From assembly GCA_964016885.1 (NCBI GenBank), contig OZ024741.1, forward strand, positions 159,898,001 to 159,962,000: a DNA stretch of 64,000 nt, given 5' to 3'. Shown piece after piece: positions 27,454 to 40,611 of the stretch; positions within the stretch are counted from its first letter, which is position 1, and the number at the start of each line of letters is the position of its first letter. The notes under the pieces are model-generated. The model saw only the letters and a program-made list of their open reading frames with translations, was not told where the DNA came from and did not search any database. The translations under genes were made by a program, and so were the position numbers. Source of the stretch: Eledone cirrhosa (lineage: Eukaryota).

Positions 27454-29205
27454 AAAGCTATAAGAAGCACTACCGGCCAATACAAGCCCAAAACTCAGAA
27501 GAATATAGAGTGTAAATACATTAAAGCATAGGAAAATTATCGGGTAAAAATTATCAAGTAAAAATTGCTAAGGAAGTGAATAACATTTTGAACCATATTA
27601 CAAATATAGTCCAATGCAAAAACTAAAGCTAAACAAAGGTGGTGATATAGAGCGGTAATTATTGTACTATATATAATATAATATAATATAATATAATATA
27701 ATATAATATAATATAATATAATATAATATAATATAATTGATAATGATAATAATAGTAATAATATTAAAAGGCCCAATATTCATATATATATACATATGTA
27801 CACATATATACATATATATCAATACACATTTCCATCAATACAAGCACAAACTAACCCTTATTAAGAGTTTAAATATAAATAAGAATAATAAGAATAATAA
27901 GAATAAAAATAAAAATATAATACATATATTATTTACAGTATAAAATGAAGAAGAAATGATTAAAAGTAAACATGTAATATATAATAAACTATATAATTAT
28001 ATACTAGATAATCTCCGGTTAATTTGCACAAACAATATAAATGTTACAATAACACTATAATAACAATATTATAATATAATGGCATATAACTTAACAAATC
28101 ATATAGAGTTACAGACCGGGTGAGAAAAAATATTGTACAGAACTAAATTATGTTGGAAAAATAATGTTGGAAAAATATCAAAACCATTGCAAGAAAACAG
28201 ATGGAGGTCACATTTCTCTACAATTGGTGTAAATAAATATTATCCAAACATTACAAAAATTATAAAAATATAAATATATTACAGAATTTACAAAATTTAA
28301 CATAACATAATGGTACATTTAATAATCGGTGAATAATAAAGATCAGTAGTACGTTTACAAAGAGTGGAATGATATAAAAATTTCAATATAAAATATTGAA
28401 CATAGTATAATATACATAATTACGTGGTTGGTGGACAGACATTTGTGAATAAGTGAATAAGAACCAGACAGAAAACTACGCATGGTAGTATAAATATATA
28501 AATAAAATCAACCGGAAATCGAAAAACAAAAACAAAAGTATTTACTTAGGTGTCACATGCAGTTAAGTAAAAAATTTAGGAAACAAACCCGGATAAATGA
28601 CTAGAAAACCCTATTAAATTAATTAATATTGAAAGTATTTAAAATACATAATAAGTCAATACAAAATTAGCTATGGTTTAAGTAATCAAAAACTACAAAG
28701 TTTAAGATATCACTATACAAATATCTGGAAAAGAATTAAATATTTTACTATCAGTTGAATAACGTTATCTAATAAACGGACTTTAAGTAGAATTATGGTA
28801 GGCCAATGGGGACAGAAAAAAGAAATGTATGGAGGATACGAAGGAGCATAAAATCATAATCAATATACTGTATTATACAATAGAAAGGAGCATAAAAGGG
28901 AATTGAATATAATTATAGTATATTTTAAGGGGCGAATTACAAGTGTGTGTGTGGGGGGGGAGGGGGTTAATTATCCAAAGAAGAATCCAAATAAAATAAA
29001 ATAAAATAATATAAAATAAAATATATAATCAGATATAAACTCATAAGGTGTTAATAGTGAAAATATAATATAGATATGGTATGGTAGCCAAAGGACTATG
29101 AAAACTAGAATGAAAAGCTGTTAAAAACCAATAATAATAATAATAATGATAATGATGGTGGTAAACAAAATGAACCAAAACTAAAAAGATAAGGGAATAT
29201 AGCAG

Positions 29206-31022
29206 CTAATGGATACAATTTACACTACTAGAACTTTTAGGTTTATAATAAAAGTAAGAATTTGAAATGGCGTGGGGGCAAGAAGAGAATATCTCAGACT
29301 TTCTATTAAGTAAGGTTTCCCTAGAGAAAATTATAGAGTGGGTCTCAAGGATACAGAGATTACAAAATTTAGTATGTGTTGAAAGGTTATTAGAGCGTGC
29401 TACTATTCGCCAATTAAGGCTATATGGTATATTAGCCCCCTTAAGATCCCAGATATGGTGTGCTAAAGAAGTAGAATTCTTAAACTTAACATGTTTAAAA
29501 TTAGAGATATGAGAATTAAACCTAGTCTTAAAAGTGTTAGATGTAGAGCCTATATATGTGCTACTAGAGGAATTTGTTTTAACTACACAAGCATAAACGA
29601 TGTTCTTAGAGAGGCAGTTACCGTTTAAAGGGCAGTTAGCACTCACTCTACAGTTACACTTCCGGGTGCTATTGATCGGCTGAAGTAGTGATGCATCACA
29701 CGTAGGGTTACTATGAGATAAGGTTTGCTCAGGTGGTAAGGTATTTATGGATCTATTCGGACTAGTAGTACGTAGAGAGGAGTATCCATCCCTAATTTTC
29801 CCTTTGTTAGTGCTAGCTAAATGAGAACTAATATTAGGGGTGGTAGAGAATGAAAGTTTAATTACATTTTTATTAAAAATACTATGGTATTTATTAGTAG
29901 GAGGGAAATTTTTCTCTAAGATAGAAAAGAAAGACCTAGGGATGTTAGTTAATACTTCCTGATTATATGGCGGGTTAAAATAAGTATTTAGTCTCATTCT
30001 ATTTTTATTTTTATCCTTACCAACTCTACCGTTATCTAATATCCCCTTAATAAGATTTGGGTTACTACAAGGACTAGTTAAAACCACATTATTAGAATCA
30101 GCCGAAACTCCATTAAGTCTCTTTCTGTTTCTACCATTAGTATATCTGCTGCTATCTGGAAATATATCAAAAGGATTAGGGCTAACAATAGGATCAGTAG
30201 AAACAACACTATTAGAATTAGATTTAGCAAAAGCATTACAACTGAGTGAGCGCTCAGAGGGCTCGACTTGATTCCGAGAAGTATTAGATTCCCTATTACG
30301 AGTCCGGTGGCTTAACTTATGGATGGGTTCAGATACACCTATGTGATTTCTACGATTCTTATGCTTTCTACTCCCATTCATGGCCATATTATGGGATATT
30401 ATGTTATTATTATTATAAGTAAGCGGAGACTTTCTAAGGTTACTATTATTATAATGTATTTTACCAGAGTAACCGGAATTAGCTAGGGCATTATTATAGT
30501 ACTCTGCATGTGCATTAAATGTTCCTACGTCCTTAGAGAGTGTGGAAATCCTATTAGATACACCATTAATTACAGAGCTTATCATAGATTTGGGGTGGTT
30601 AGAATTGGGACTAACATAAGAGAGTATTTCATTAGGCTTATGGAAGGGTTTAAAACTATTAGTGACCAAGTCCAAAGTCACATCTAAAATGTTGACCGCT
30701 CTATCATTTCTATCTATCGTGATCGAAAGGTTATAGCTTTTAAAAAACTTATAAAGCTTCTTCTTATTATGCTCGACGTTGTTGGTGCTAGAGTTAATCA
30801 CAAACAATGCATCGTCACGATAAAGTCCGCATTTAAGGTGCGGAAAGGTAACATATAGTTCATTTAGGAGGAACAGCCCAACAAGATCAGTTACCTGGGC
30901 CGAATCACTCGAACCCATTGTAACGTCGAAATTGTTGGGCGTGTTTTTACGGGTCCAAAATGTATCCTCAAAATTAATGATAGTTCTACGGGCTGCTAGT
31001 ATAATATCTACCTGTGATCGTA
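29206..31022 (-). CDS. PLE RT (5'-truncated) + GIY-YIG endonuclease, uninterrupted ~605 codons
   Basis: NNFDVTMGSSDSAQVTDLVGLFLL, CGLYRDD, SNHP, YFNPPY, CNCRVSANCPLNGNCL, NIVY..TYIGST..FKTRFNSH, CNLC. The listed N-terminus (31023-31071) comes from flanking repeat. Confidence 0.9.
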
Positions 31023-31049
31023 AATATATATATATATATAATAATAATA

Positions 31050-31795
31050 ATAAAATGTGGAGAGGAAGCACACGAGTTAGGATATATATATATATATGAA
31101 AACAGGGAGAAAGAGACGGTTATTAGGAATAAAATATATTTTTTTCCTTTTTTATTTCTCTATCTTTTTTTCTGGGTTAGAAAATGATTAAAACGAAATG
31201 TTTTACTTTGTGTGAAGTGTTAAGGTATTAGTTGATTTATTTATTAATTAACAATGGCATTTATTTATCTATTTAAATAACATTATATTTCCTACAATTA
31301 TTTTTCCTTTCACATTGACATTTTATGTTCTACATTACGCCCGTTTTTTTCTTTTTTCTTTTTTCTTTTTTCTTTTTTCTTTTTTCTTTTTTCTTTTTTC
31401 TTTTTTCTTTTTTCTTTTTTCTTTTTTCTTTTTTCTTTTTTCTTTTTTCTTTTTTCTTTTTTCTTTTTTCTTTTCACTTCATGAACCTTGTCTGTAAATA
31501 ACATTATTCTTTCTGCACCATTTCTTTAACGTGTGTGACACCACCATACTACACTAATACATATCACTATCATTTGATAATGCATAAAAATGCTGAAACC
31601 GGTAATAGACAATTATTAAATATATAAATAGATAAATAAATGCCATTGTTAATTAATAAATAAATCAACTAATACCTTAACACTTCACACAAAGTAAAAC
31701 ATTTCGTTTTAATCATTTTCTAACCCAGAAAAGAGAGAGAAATAAAACAGGAAAAAATATATTTTTCTTCCTAATAACCGTCTCTTTCTCCCTGT

Positions 31796-31802
<7 letters not shown>
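31050..31802. mobile_element. Fold-back element (arms ~31097-31280 / ~31620-31802) with an internal T-rich microsatellite and a hammerhead-like motif
   Basis: ~185-bp inverted arms. TTGATAA-gcat/atgc-GAAACCGGTA at 31567-31608. Tail ACTCGTGTG on the minus strand near 31068-31077. Confidence 0.75.
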
Positions 31803-31850
<48 letters not shown>

Positions 31851-32408
31851 TCTGTTGCAATGTAAACACATTTCGTGTTTATCGTACACTTTAAATGTAA
31901 TAACTGCTCGGAAGAGACCCTTCCTGGAGCTTAATTATTATAAATGACTGAGAGTTTATTCTCAAAATATAATCCTGCAAAATTTTTGATGTGTGATAAA
32001 CTAATCTTACTGGATTCCTGTTGATAAGCACAGAAGATTTGGGTATTTCACTCTTTTATTTCTATTCCATTTCGATTCTCTTTATTTTTCAATTCACATT
32101 CCACCGTTGCGAAACTTATTTGGGTTTCGAGGTTCAAATTCGTCTACAGAACAGGTTTGAATTTTGAAATTTAAATATGTCCAGGAATCATGGCTGTTGC
32201 CAATATAATATTGTCTTTATTGACTTATATCAAGACAGACAAATTGTATTCACTTTTATTAGTTTATTTCATTAATAGCTGACTTTGTCTGTTGCAATGT
32301 AAACACATTTCGTGTTTATCGTACACTTTAAATGTAATAACTGCTCGGAAGAGACCCTTCCTGGAGCTTAATTATTGTAAATGACTGAGAGTTTATTCTC
32401 AAAATATA

Positions 32409-32410
<2 letters not shown>
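31851..32410 (+). repeat. ~120-bp direct repeat (31851-31970 / 32288-32410) with a GCTC...GAGC hairpin; interior related to 13870-14030
   Basis: Nearly identical copies 437 bp apart, flanked by (TA)n. Confidence 0.78.
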
Positions 32411-32503
<93 letters not shown>

Positions 32504-32584
32504 CGGAAGTAAAAAAAATTGCATAAAATTAGCAGTTGAAAATTGCGAACAAATATCGTCCACGCCCTGTATATATATATATGA

Positions 32585-32945
32585 CGATCTGACACCTTCA
32601 TAACGCCCGAGTTCGTCGCTGAAGTTCAGGATATAATCAATAATGAACCTAGCAAGTCGATGCGTGCCATTGCAAGGGAGAAAGGCGTGGATGAAAAGCT
32701 CATTAGGCTGGTGGTACATGAAGACATTCGCTACGTTTCATACAAGAAAAGCGACTGAAGCACGCAAAGAAGCTGATCAACAAGTTGAAACACCCACTGG
32801 AGCCAGACATGCTGTGGTTTTTCTCCGACGAGAAAAACTTCTGCCAAGACCAGAAATTCAACTCCCAGAACACACAGGTGGCTCGCTGTCTCAACCAAAG
32901 ACGTGCCTAGAGTCATGCAGACAAAGTTTCCAGCGACAACATTAG
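32585..32945 (+). pseudogene. Tc1/mariner-superfamily transposase fragment
   Basis: An alternative frame reads ...MLWFFSDEKNFCQDQKFNSQNTGGW/RW..KDVPRVMQTKFPAT, the first catalytic D region. Confidence 0.72.
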
Positions 32946-32946
32946 T

Positions 32947-32987
<41 letters not shown>

Positions 32988-32991
<4 letters not shown>

Positions 32992-35425
32992 CGTAATTAA
33001 ACTATTTTTCACTGGGAACAATTTGTCAGAATTTTCTTTTCCTTTTACCAATATATCATAACTCGTGTGTTACACCTCTATTCATATCCTCACACGAGAT
33101 ACAGAAAGTGCCAACAAAAACAGATACAACTCTTATCAACACAAATGAAGAGATTCTACAGGAACTCAAGAAAATTAACACCAACCTATCTGTGCTGGTC
33201 CACAAATAAGGAAACCGTCACCGGATACAAACCCTCCGAAATCGGCGATAAACTTCAAAACCTTTGCGATACTATCAAAACGATGTTCACTACTACCAAC
33301 CCAGGAAAAACCAACGAAGAACCATGTGAGATTGATTCATACAAAATGAAAATTCGAACAATTCCAAAATGGAACAAATCCCTCAGAGACAGAAAGTTCT
33401 CATTCTGGAAGATGATACAAAATCACAACAAAGCGGAGATATGAAAAATGGCTTAACTCAACCCATCTAACTCTCCCCCGTAAAATACAAATAAAGTCCA
33501 TTCAAAATTAACCCGAACCTTAAAGACACCTTAGGGAAAGAATGGCATTGGAAAAAATGAAGACAGAAATTGAACTTCTTAAATTGAGGGCCCAGACAAA
33601 TGAGGAAAAAATCAAAACCATCGATGAAGAGATCCTCCTGGAAATCAACAATAAGACTGAAGGCCCCAAGGTAGAGAAGATCTCTAAATTATGGAAAGGG
33701 GACTGCAACAGAGAAGAACTGAAATCCCTTCAACGCTGGGAAAAAAGTGCCGCTTGGTTCCTACACTATGAATCGACTTTTCAAACAGATTACACCTCCA
33801 ATAAGCCGTTCATAAAAATAGGAAAACCCATAACCGAACCGCACAACAACTTCGCAATCCCCCCCCCCCCCAGCCACTAACAAAAGAAGAAGGAAGCACC
33901 ACACCGAAGATGAACTTCCCAACCTCGCTACCATAAGAAGGAACAAAAACCCTAGAAATCATCTCCCCCAGAATGACATTTACAACTTTCCCCCTTCAAG
34001 GAGACACCATACCAAATCACTCAACTACTACGCGGATGCCTCATCGTCAAACATAGGGAAAAGATACCACCACCATGATAGATGTAACAACTTCCCCGCC
34101 TCAAGGGGACAGCAAGGTAATTTCCATTTTCTCAACTCTCGCTTCCACAATACACAACAAACCCACACCACACGATACAACCAACAACGTAGGCCACCTA
34201 TAACACCACAATCCAACATGGCACATAGAAACACAGATCCATACTCGCAATACAGGAACACCCCATTCAATCTACAACCACGAAACCGAACCACATTTTA
34301 CAACAACAAGGAATATAACAAACACAGGAGACCACTTAACATCAGCAGACAACCCCTCTACCCAAACCATTTTTTAGACACAGCACACATATACAGGCAA
34401 ACAAAATAACACAAGACAGGGAGGAGAAACCGAGAGTAATAAAAATTACCAATCTAACCAGTGCAGAACCAACACCCAACCTTATCAACTTACTCTCCAA
34501 AGGTCTTAAATTCACACCGACCCCACTACGTCCTAACTACTATGAAATGAAGGAAGACATCACAGACTTCTGTAGAAAGTTACGACTCAGTGAAGAACTA
34601 TTCGACCAGTACACTGAAGATGAATCATTAGCCAGAAATAGAAGCAATTACACCCCATCAAAAGGTAGAAGTAAAATCCTGAACGAATTCTGTGAACACA
34701 TCACAAACTTCCCTTACCAACACTTGCACAGACAAAAACACAAGCCAAACCTCAACAAGAAAGAATGGGAAGAATTAAATAGATTAAAAACCGACAGAAC
34801 CATTACAATTAAAGAGGCTGATAAAGGGAGTACAGTAGTCCTAATGGAGACATAATTCTATATCAACTTAGCGCTCTCCACTTTGGAAAACGAAACATAC
34901 TACGAAAAGGCTGAACACTACAATCAACAGAAAATTATGAGAAACCTAAAAACTCTGATCAACCAATACAAAGAAGGACTCACTAACAAGGAATTCAGCT
35001 TCATAACAGACTTCACAAGTAAATCCAACCTTTTCTACGGTATCCCTAAAGTACATAAAAGCGAATTAATAAGTAAGGCATGCAAGGAAGCCACAGACAT
35101 AGTCATCAATGTCCCCTCACCCAATGATCTCAAATTAAGACCTATAATAGCAGGCCCGCTTGCGAAACCCACCGCCTTAGCAACTTCATTGATACCCTTC
35201 TCAAGCCTTTTCATCAAAAGCTAAATAAGGGACGACCTAGATATGCTCAATCACCTCCCTAATATGCCCCTTTCTGAACAAACCCTACTAGTGACGTTCG
35301 ATGTAGTCAACCTATACTCCAACATCCCCCACAACCTAGGAATAGAAGCTATCCAATTCTGGCTGGATAATTACCACAATGAACTCCCACAACGCATCAA
35401 AAAAGAATTCGTGATAGAGGGATAG
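32988..35425 (+). mobile_element. 5' half of a degenerate PLE (Neptune/Poseidon-like): terminal repeat remnant, upstream ORF1, N-terminal RT
   Basis: NLT...LLSKGLKFTPTP, ITIKEADKGSTVV, FYGIPKVHK, LRPIIAG, LVTFDVVNLYSNIPH. 32988-33080 is homologous to 55120-55225. Confidence 0.87.
33100..34409 (+). pseudogene. Putative PLE ORF1 (helical/coiled-coil segment plus a basic N/P/R-rich tail), disrupted by stops and frameshifts
   Basis: Collinear ORF pieces at 33067, 33542 and 33873-34409, ending at ...HFLDTAHIYRQTK*. Confidence 0.55.
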
Positions 35426-35429
35426 TGTT

Positions 35430-38088
35430 TTAGCGTGATAGTGTTTTAGCGAAATTGATAGCTCTAAGGAGAAGTGGTAAAGTGGTGGAGGAGTAGTAAT
35501 TGTTGATGTCGAATTGGATAAAATGGCAATTTGGCCCCTCTCGCACTGTGGAACAATTATTTCGCGGTGATTGATTGGTTCAACGGCATATGTAACAAGG
35601 AACATTGCCGTTTTATCCAATTCGACACAACAATTACTACTCCTCCATCACTTTACCACTTCTCCTTAGAGCTATCAATTTCGCTAAAACACTCACAGTG
35701 GTTAAGGATTTCGAAGTTGATGTCATCCTTAATGCCCGAAAGTCGGTGATTAATTTCGACGACTCTATTTGGATTAAAAAATCCAATAGTACCCCATTCG
35801 ACGTGAGTATGGGCGCCAGTGACTCTGCGGAGGTTACTGATCTTATTGGCCTTTTTCTTCTTTTCTCTATCAAGAACGAATTCCCCAACGCGGGCGATGG
35901 TTTGTACCGTGACGATGGTCTTTTGACCATGACTAAGTGCGGACCTCATGCTTGCGACAGGTTCAGAAAAGAACTCACAGCCTTCTTTAAAGGCTTCAAC
36001 CTCTCTATACAGGTTGAGGCCAATCTCTCGGTCGTTAATTACCTCGACGTTACCCTCAATTTATTGAATGGGTTGTATTACCCGTATAGAAAGCCGAATG
36101 ATACAATTAATTACATAAGTAAGCATTCCAACCATCCTGCCAGCATAACCAAGAACCTGGTAAAAAACGTTTCGTTGAGGCTTTCCCGTCTTTCCACCAA
36201 CGAGCGCATTTTCAACGACCATTCCACTTATTACAATGAAGCTCTTGCTCGAAGTGGATTTGTCGATAAGGTAGCTTATACAGAGTACGAAAATAGACCT
36301 AGAAGAAATAGATCCCGTCGCATTTGTTGGTTTAACCCACCATATAATATGGAGGTGGCCACACCATTAGCTAAGATCTTTCTTTCCCTTATTACGAAGC
36401 ATTTTACCCCTACACATAAATATAGTAAATTTTTAATAGAAATACTATTAAAATTTCTTACTCTACGACTCCTAACCTTGCACATAACATCACAGCTTCA
36501 AATTTAACTAAACTACCTAGCCGTAGGAACACGTGCAGCTCTGTAGTTAGTACTAACTGTAATTGTAGGAATCGGGCTGATTGCCCCCTATCCGGGAAAT
36601 GCCTCTCTAGTAACATTGTCTACAAATGTAAGGTTGTAACACCCACGTCTCGTAGGGCCTACATAGGGTTAATCGCCAATAGTTTCAAGCAGCGTCTTTA
36701 CATGCATACCCATTCTTTTCGTTACCCTCTAAGAAGGAATATGACGTCACTTTCAGCTTATATCTGGAGTTTAAAAGACAACCACATCCAATATAAGTTA
36801 CACTGGGAGATCCTAGCTAGGGCTAGATCGTATAACGGAAATAAAAGACCATGTGACCTCTGCGCCGCTGAGGCCCTGGAAATACTCTACACCACAGACC
36901 ACATCTTAAACAAAAAATCTGAGGCAATTTCGGCTTGTAAACATAAATTGCACAAAACTTTCCTGTATTACAGTCCCACGTTATACCCTAACGGATAGCA
37001 CGATCTATACGTGGATATTTTACGTCTTGATGTGGGAGCCAAGTATATGTTTTGTTTATTCCTTTACTTATTTGCATAGGTAAGTATATATTACCCGTAT
37101 GTTTTGTGAAGGTATGTATACCTTCTTGTACGTATATTTGACTGATATGGCGTATCATATTTACATATTCTGGTATTTAGGGTTTGGCTATGTGTATACG
37201 GGAGTTTTGCATCTGCGTGAGTATGCAGGTTCGTACGTATGGTGGGTGTGTGTATATGTGTACTTCGTGTTTTAGTTGACTTACGTCTCCGAACATTCGT
37301 GTATTTATTTGTAGGTATGTGTGTGCGCTTGTTATATACGTATTTATTTACTTATATACGTTTATATAATTATTTATTTATTTGTACACAAGCATACACA
37401 CACACACATATTTATATGTGCGTGGTTTTGTATACCTATGGTAAGGTTTTGCGTATGCTTGTGTATGTACGTATCGGTTTGCGTGTATGTATTTATTTGT
37501 TTCTATTACTTCTGTATTGTAATTATTTACTTTGTTCTTAACTCTGTAGCGGATATTCTTTTGGTCTCCTAGTTAGAATTTTAGTCTACGACTTCTGCTA
37601 TACCATTTACGTGGTTTTGTCTTTGCGCGCTATTGTTCTCTACGCTCCACATATGACTTATTATCTTCGTTTTTTCGTTCATTGCCAGAGAACGTCTCTA
37701 TGCACCACCTAAGAGAACATTAGTCTACGACCTCTTTTATACCATAAACGTGGTTTTGTCTTTGCGCGTAATTGTTTTTCACCGCTCCTATTAATGACGT
37801 ATTATTCGTTTTTTCCCGTTCTTTGCCAGCGAACGTTTCCACGAACCAAAGTATCGTCTTCCTGTCTTCCTCCGGTTGCAACGGTTTTTGAAATATCCAG
37901 TTCTGCGTTTACATATTGACTTTGTTAGTTTCAGAAGATCCCGTTAAGGGTGAAAGCAGCGATTCTTTGCTTAAACTTTAATCTGTTATTTTAATAAATA
38001 TTTGCTCTACGGTTCTTATATATTTGATATATATTTTCCTTATCGAGCCCTCTTTGGATTTTAGTCTTCAATTTTATTATTATTACTA
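35430..38088 (+). mobile_element. 5'-truncated PLE with a short 5' inversion and 3' terminal repeat
   Basis: RT and GIY-YIG at 35540-36998. ~140-bp-period duplication at 37580-37845. Degenerate hammerhead at ~37925-37965. Hairpin at 38004-38048. Confidence 0.9.
35540..36998 (+). pseudogene. PLE RT + GIY-YIG, frameshifted
   Basis: FIQFD, FDVSMGASDSAEVTDLIGLFLL, GLYRDD, SNHP, WFNPPY, CNCRNRADCPLSGKCL, CDLC. Confidence 0.92.
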
Positions 38089-38208
38089 TATATATATATA
38101 TATATATAAGTGTATATATATGTAAAAGGTAAACAGAGATAACAACACAATCGGTACAGTATATGGAAGGTATATATTAGGTTAACGCTTGATATAGCAG
38201 GAAGAGGG

Positions 38209-38244
38209 TCTTAACGTTTCGGACGCTAGTCCTTCATCAGAAGA
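38209..38244 (-). ncRNA. Minimal type I hammerhead motif in a short solo terminal-repeat fragment (~38120-38340)
   Basis: Minus strand reads tctt-CTGATGA-a-ggac-tagc-gtcc-GAAAC-GTT-aaga. The 3' half of the same family lies on + at ~61636-61740. Confidence 0.85.
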
Positions 38245-38336
38245 AAGAATGAGAAATAAAATAGATGTAATTGGAAGAAACGTCTTTAGCGGGATGGAAT
38301 TGGAAGAAACGTCTTTAGATAAAAATAATAGTTGAC

Positions 38337-38369
<33 letters not shown>

Positions 38370-38774
38370 ATGAAAGGTATAGAAAGTATTGTAGCAAGAA
38401 GCCAACAGTATTCCATAATATATAAGTGACTATAGCGTCAAAATGGGAAAATAGTTAACGTAAGATGTGGGAAAAATAATTCAAACTCAATTCAAAAAGA
38501 ATCAGGATATAGATTTATGCAACAGAATTTAGTGAAATCCAGGGAAAAATCAATAGAGCCTTAACTCATGATAAAATAAAGTTTAAAATACTCATCCTTC
38601 AATTTGGGACAACTACAAATGCTCTGTATAGTCTTGAAAAAGACTATTTCACGTAAACTTTCAGTGGAGATGGTCACGGTTGGAATACGATCATCAGCAG
38701 AGCTCAACACGATAGCCAGATCCTCACTGATTAATATGCCAAAAAGGGAATTTAAAAGCAGGCTAGTTTAACAT

Positions 38775-38869
<95 letters not shown>

Positions 38870-39174
38870 GTATGTATGTATATATAAGTGAAATTTCATT
38901 ATTATTTTTAGGATTCCTTCACAAGGCAAGGTAACCTCCATATTTTTAAAGAGCGAAATATATTTGTCAGTCCATTATAGTCTTTCTGTCTTACTGACAA
39001 CTCTAAGCTTCCAAGAGTCCTGAAATCCCATGCTCCGAGTAGAAATGATTATCTTAATATTGTACGTATCTACGTTTGTACGTGTGTATTTAACTGAAAT
39101 CCGCAATATATAAGTATATCGTACTCACACTTGATGTCTGCCTGATACAGAATTGAGATATATATCTAAATAAA

Positions 39175-39392
39175 ATAATCGTTTCTACTTTTGGTACAAG
39201 ACCAGCAATTTGAAGGTAAGAGAAAAGACTATTACATCGACCCAGTGCTTTACTAGTACTTCGTTTTATCGATCCCGTAAGGATGACAGGCAAAGTTCAT
39301 TATCTCGGTGAGATTTGAATTCAGACCGTAAGGGGCCGTAACTCTATGCTGCAAAGCATTGTGTCCGACGCTCCATCGATACTGCCAATCCA
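39175..39392 (-). mobile_element. tRNA-derived SINE (octopus-type)
   Basis: Reverse complement of the 39417 family. Confidence 0.8.
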
Positions 39393-39416
39393 CTGCTCTA
39401 TCTAAATAAAATCATA

Positions 39417-39955
39417 GGATTGGCAGTATCGGTAGAGGGTCGGACGCCATGCTTTGCAGCACAGTTACGTCCCTTTACGGACTGAGTTCAAATCCCGCCG
39501 AGGTTAGCTTTGCCTTTCATCCTTACGGGGTCGATAAAATAAAGTACCAGTAATGTACTGGGTAATTGCTGCCAAAAGTAGAAACAATTATTTTAAGGGC
39601 GGGTGATTGGCAGTATCGGTAGAAGGTCGGACCCCATGCTTTGACGCATACAGTTACGGCTCTTTCCATTCTGAGTTCAAATCCCGCCGAGGTTAACTTT
39701 GCCTTTCATCCTTACGGACTTCGATGAAATGAAGCGTACTGGGGTCGATTTAATCGACTTTCTCCTCCCCGCAAATTACTAGCCTTGTGCCTATACTAGA
39801 AATCATTATTAGCTAACTTGTATGATCTGAGTTCAAATCCCGTCGAGGTTAACTTTGCCTTTCATCCTTCCGGGGTCGATAAAATAAAGTACCAGTAATG
39901 CACTGGTAATTGTTGGCCTTGTGCCAAAAGTAGAAACAATTATTAGCTAACTTGA
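39417..39955 (+). mobile_element. Three tandem tRNA-derived SINE copies (39417-39592, 39603-39812, 39827-39955)
   Basis: A-box TGGCAGTATCGG, B-box GAGTTCAAATCC, and body GCCTTTCATCCTT.CGGGGTCGATAAAATAAAGTACCAG. Confidence 0.87.
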
Positions 39956-40401
39956 GGAGAGAGGTGCTCTCCCTGGGTGCCCTAGAAGCGCAGGGTGGTT
40001 CAGGATTGGTGGGGTACCTGAGTCACTCCTGGATCGGCCACCCCCTATAGGGGAATTTATTTTGTTATATTTATGCATAGTTTATTTTATATTTTTTATA
40101 TCTTCATTGTTAAATTAGTCTTGCCATTGTGCACTTTTACTCGACCTTATTGTAAACCCCACTGTCCCTGTCTTTGTATTGTCCCCTACATGTCGGCCCT
40201 TGTGGCCAATAAATGAAATCATTATTATTATTATATATATATTTCTGAGCAGGACGGCAGATTGAACAGGGTTTTCGAGATTAGAAATAGATAGTTAATT
40301 AACCACTACCATGCTGGTCAATACATCGATCTCCATCGATCAATCGATCATTTGAAACGATCGCAAAACAATGAACTAACTATCTACCTACACCTGACTT
40401 G

Positions 40402-40558
40402 TTGAAGACTAAAATCCAAAGAGGGCTCGATAAGGATAAATATATATCAAATATATAAGAACCCGAGAGCAAATATTTATTAAAATAACAGATTAAAGTT
40501 TAAGCAAAGAATAGCTTTCAACCTTGAAAGCAGCGATTCTTTGCTTTAATCTGTTATG

Positions 40559-40564
<6 letters not shown>
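40402..40564 (-). mobile_element. Tiny fold-back of the 3' end of the 35.4-38.1 kb PLE family
   Basis: 40402-40521 is the reverse complement of ~37950-38072. Arms 40478-40521 / 40524-40564. Hairpin at 40425-40470. Confidence 0.8.
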
Positions 40565-40599
<35 letters not shown>

Positions 40600-40611
40600 A
40601 AAGATTGATTA

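Larger units (their letters stand above)
27260..31022 (-). mobile_element. 5'-truncated PLE with ~1.9-kb 3' non-coding region
   Basis: RT-GIY-YIG ORF followed by an AT-rich UTR, a hammerhead and a GCTC...GAGC hairpin (27334-27355). Confidence 0.9.

Noticed and set aside
38640-38705. Minus-strand CTGATGA...GAAATAGTC
   Set aside because: No complementary helix I.
39960-40225. Possible 3' end of another LINE
   Set aside because: Only an AATAAA and an (ATT)n tail; no protein motif I could assign.
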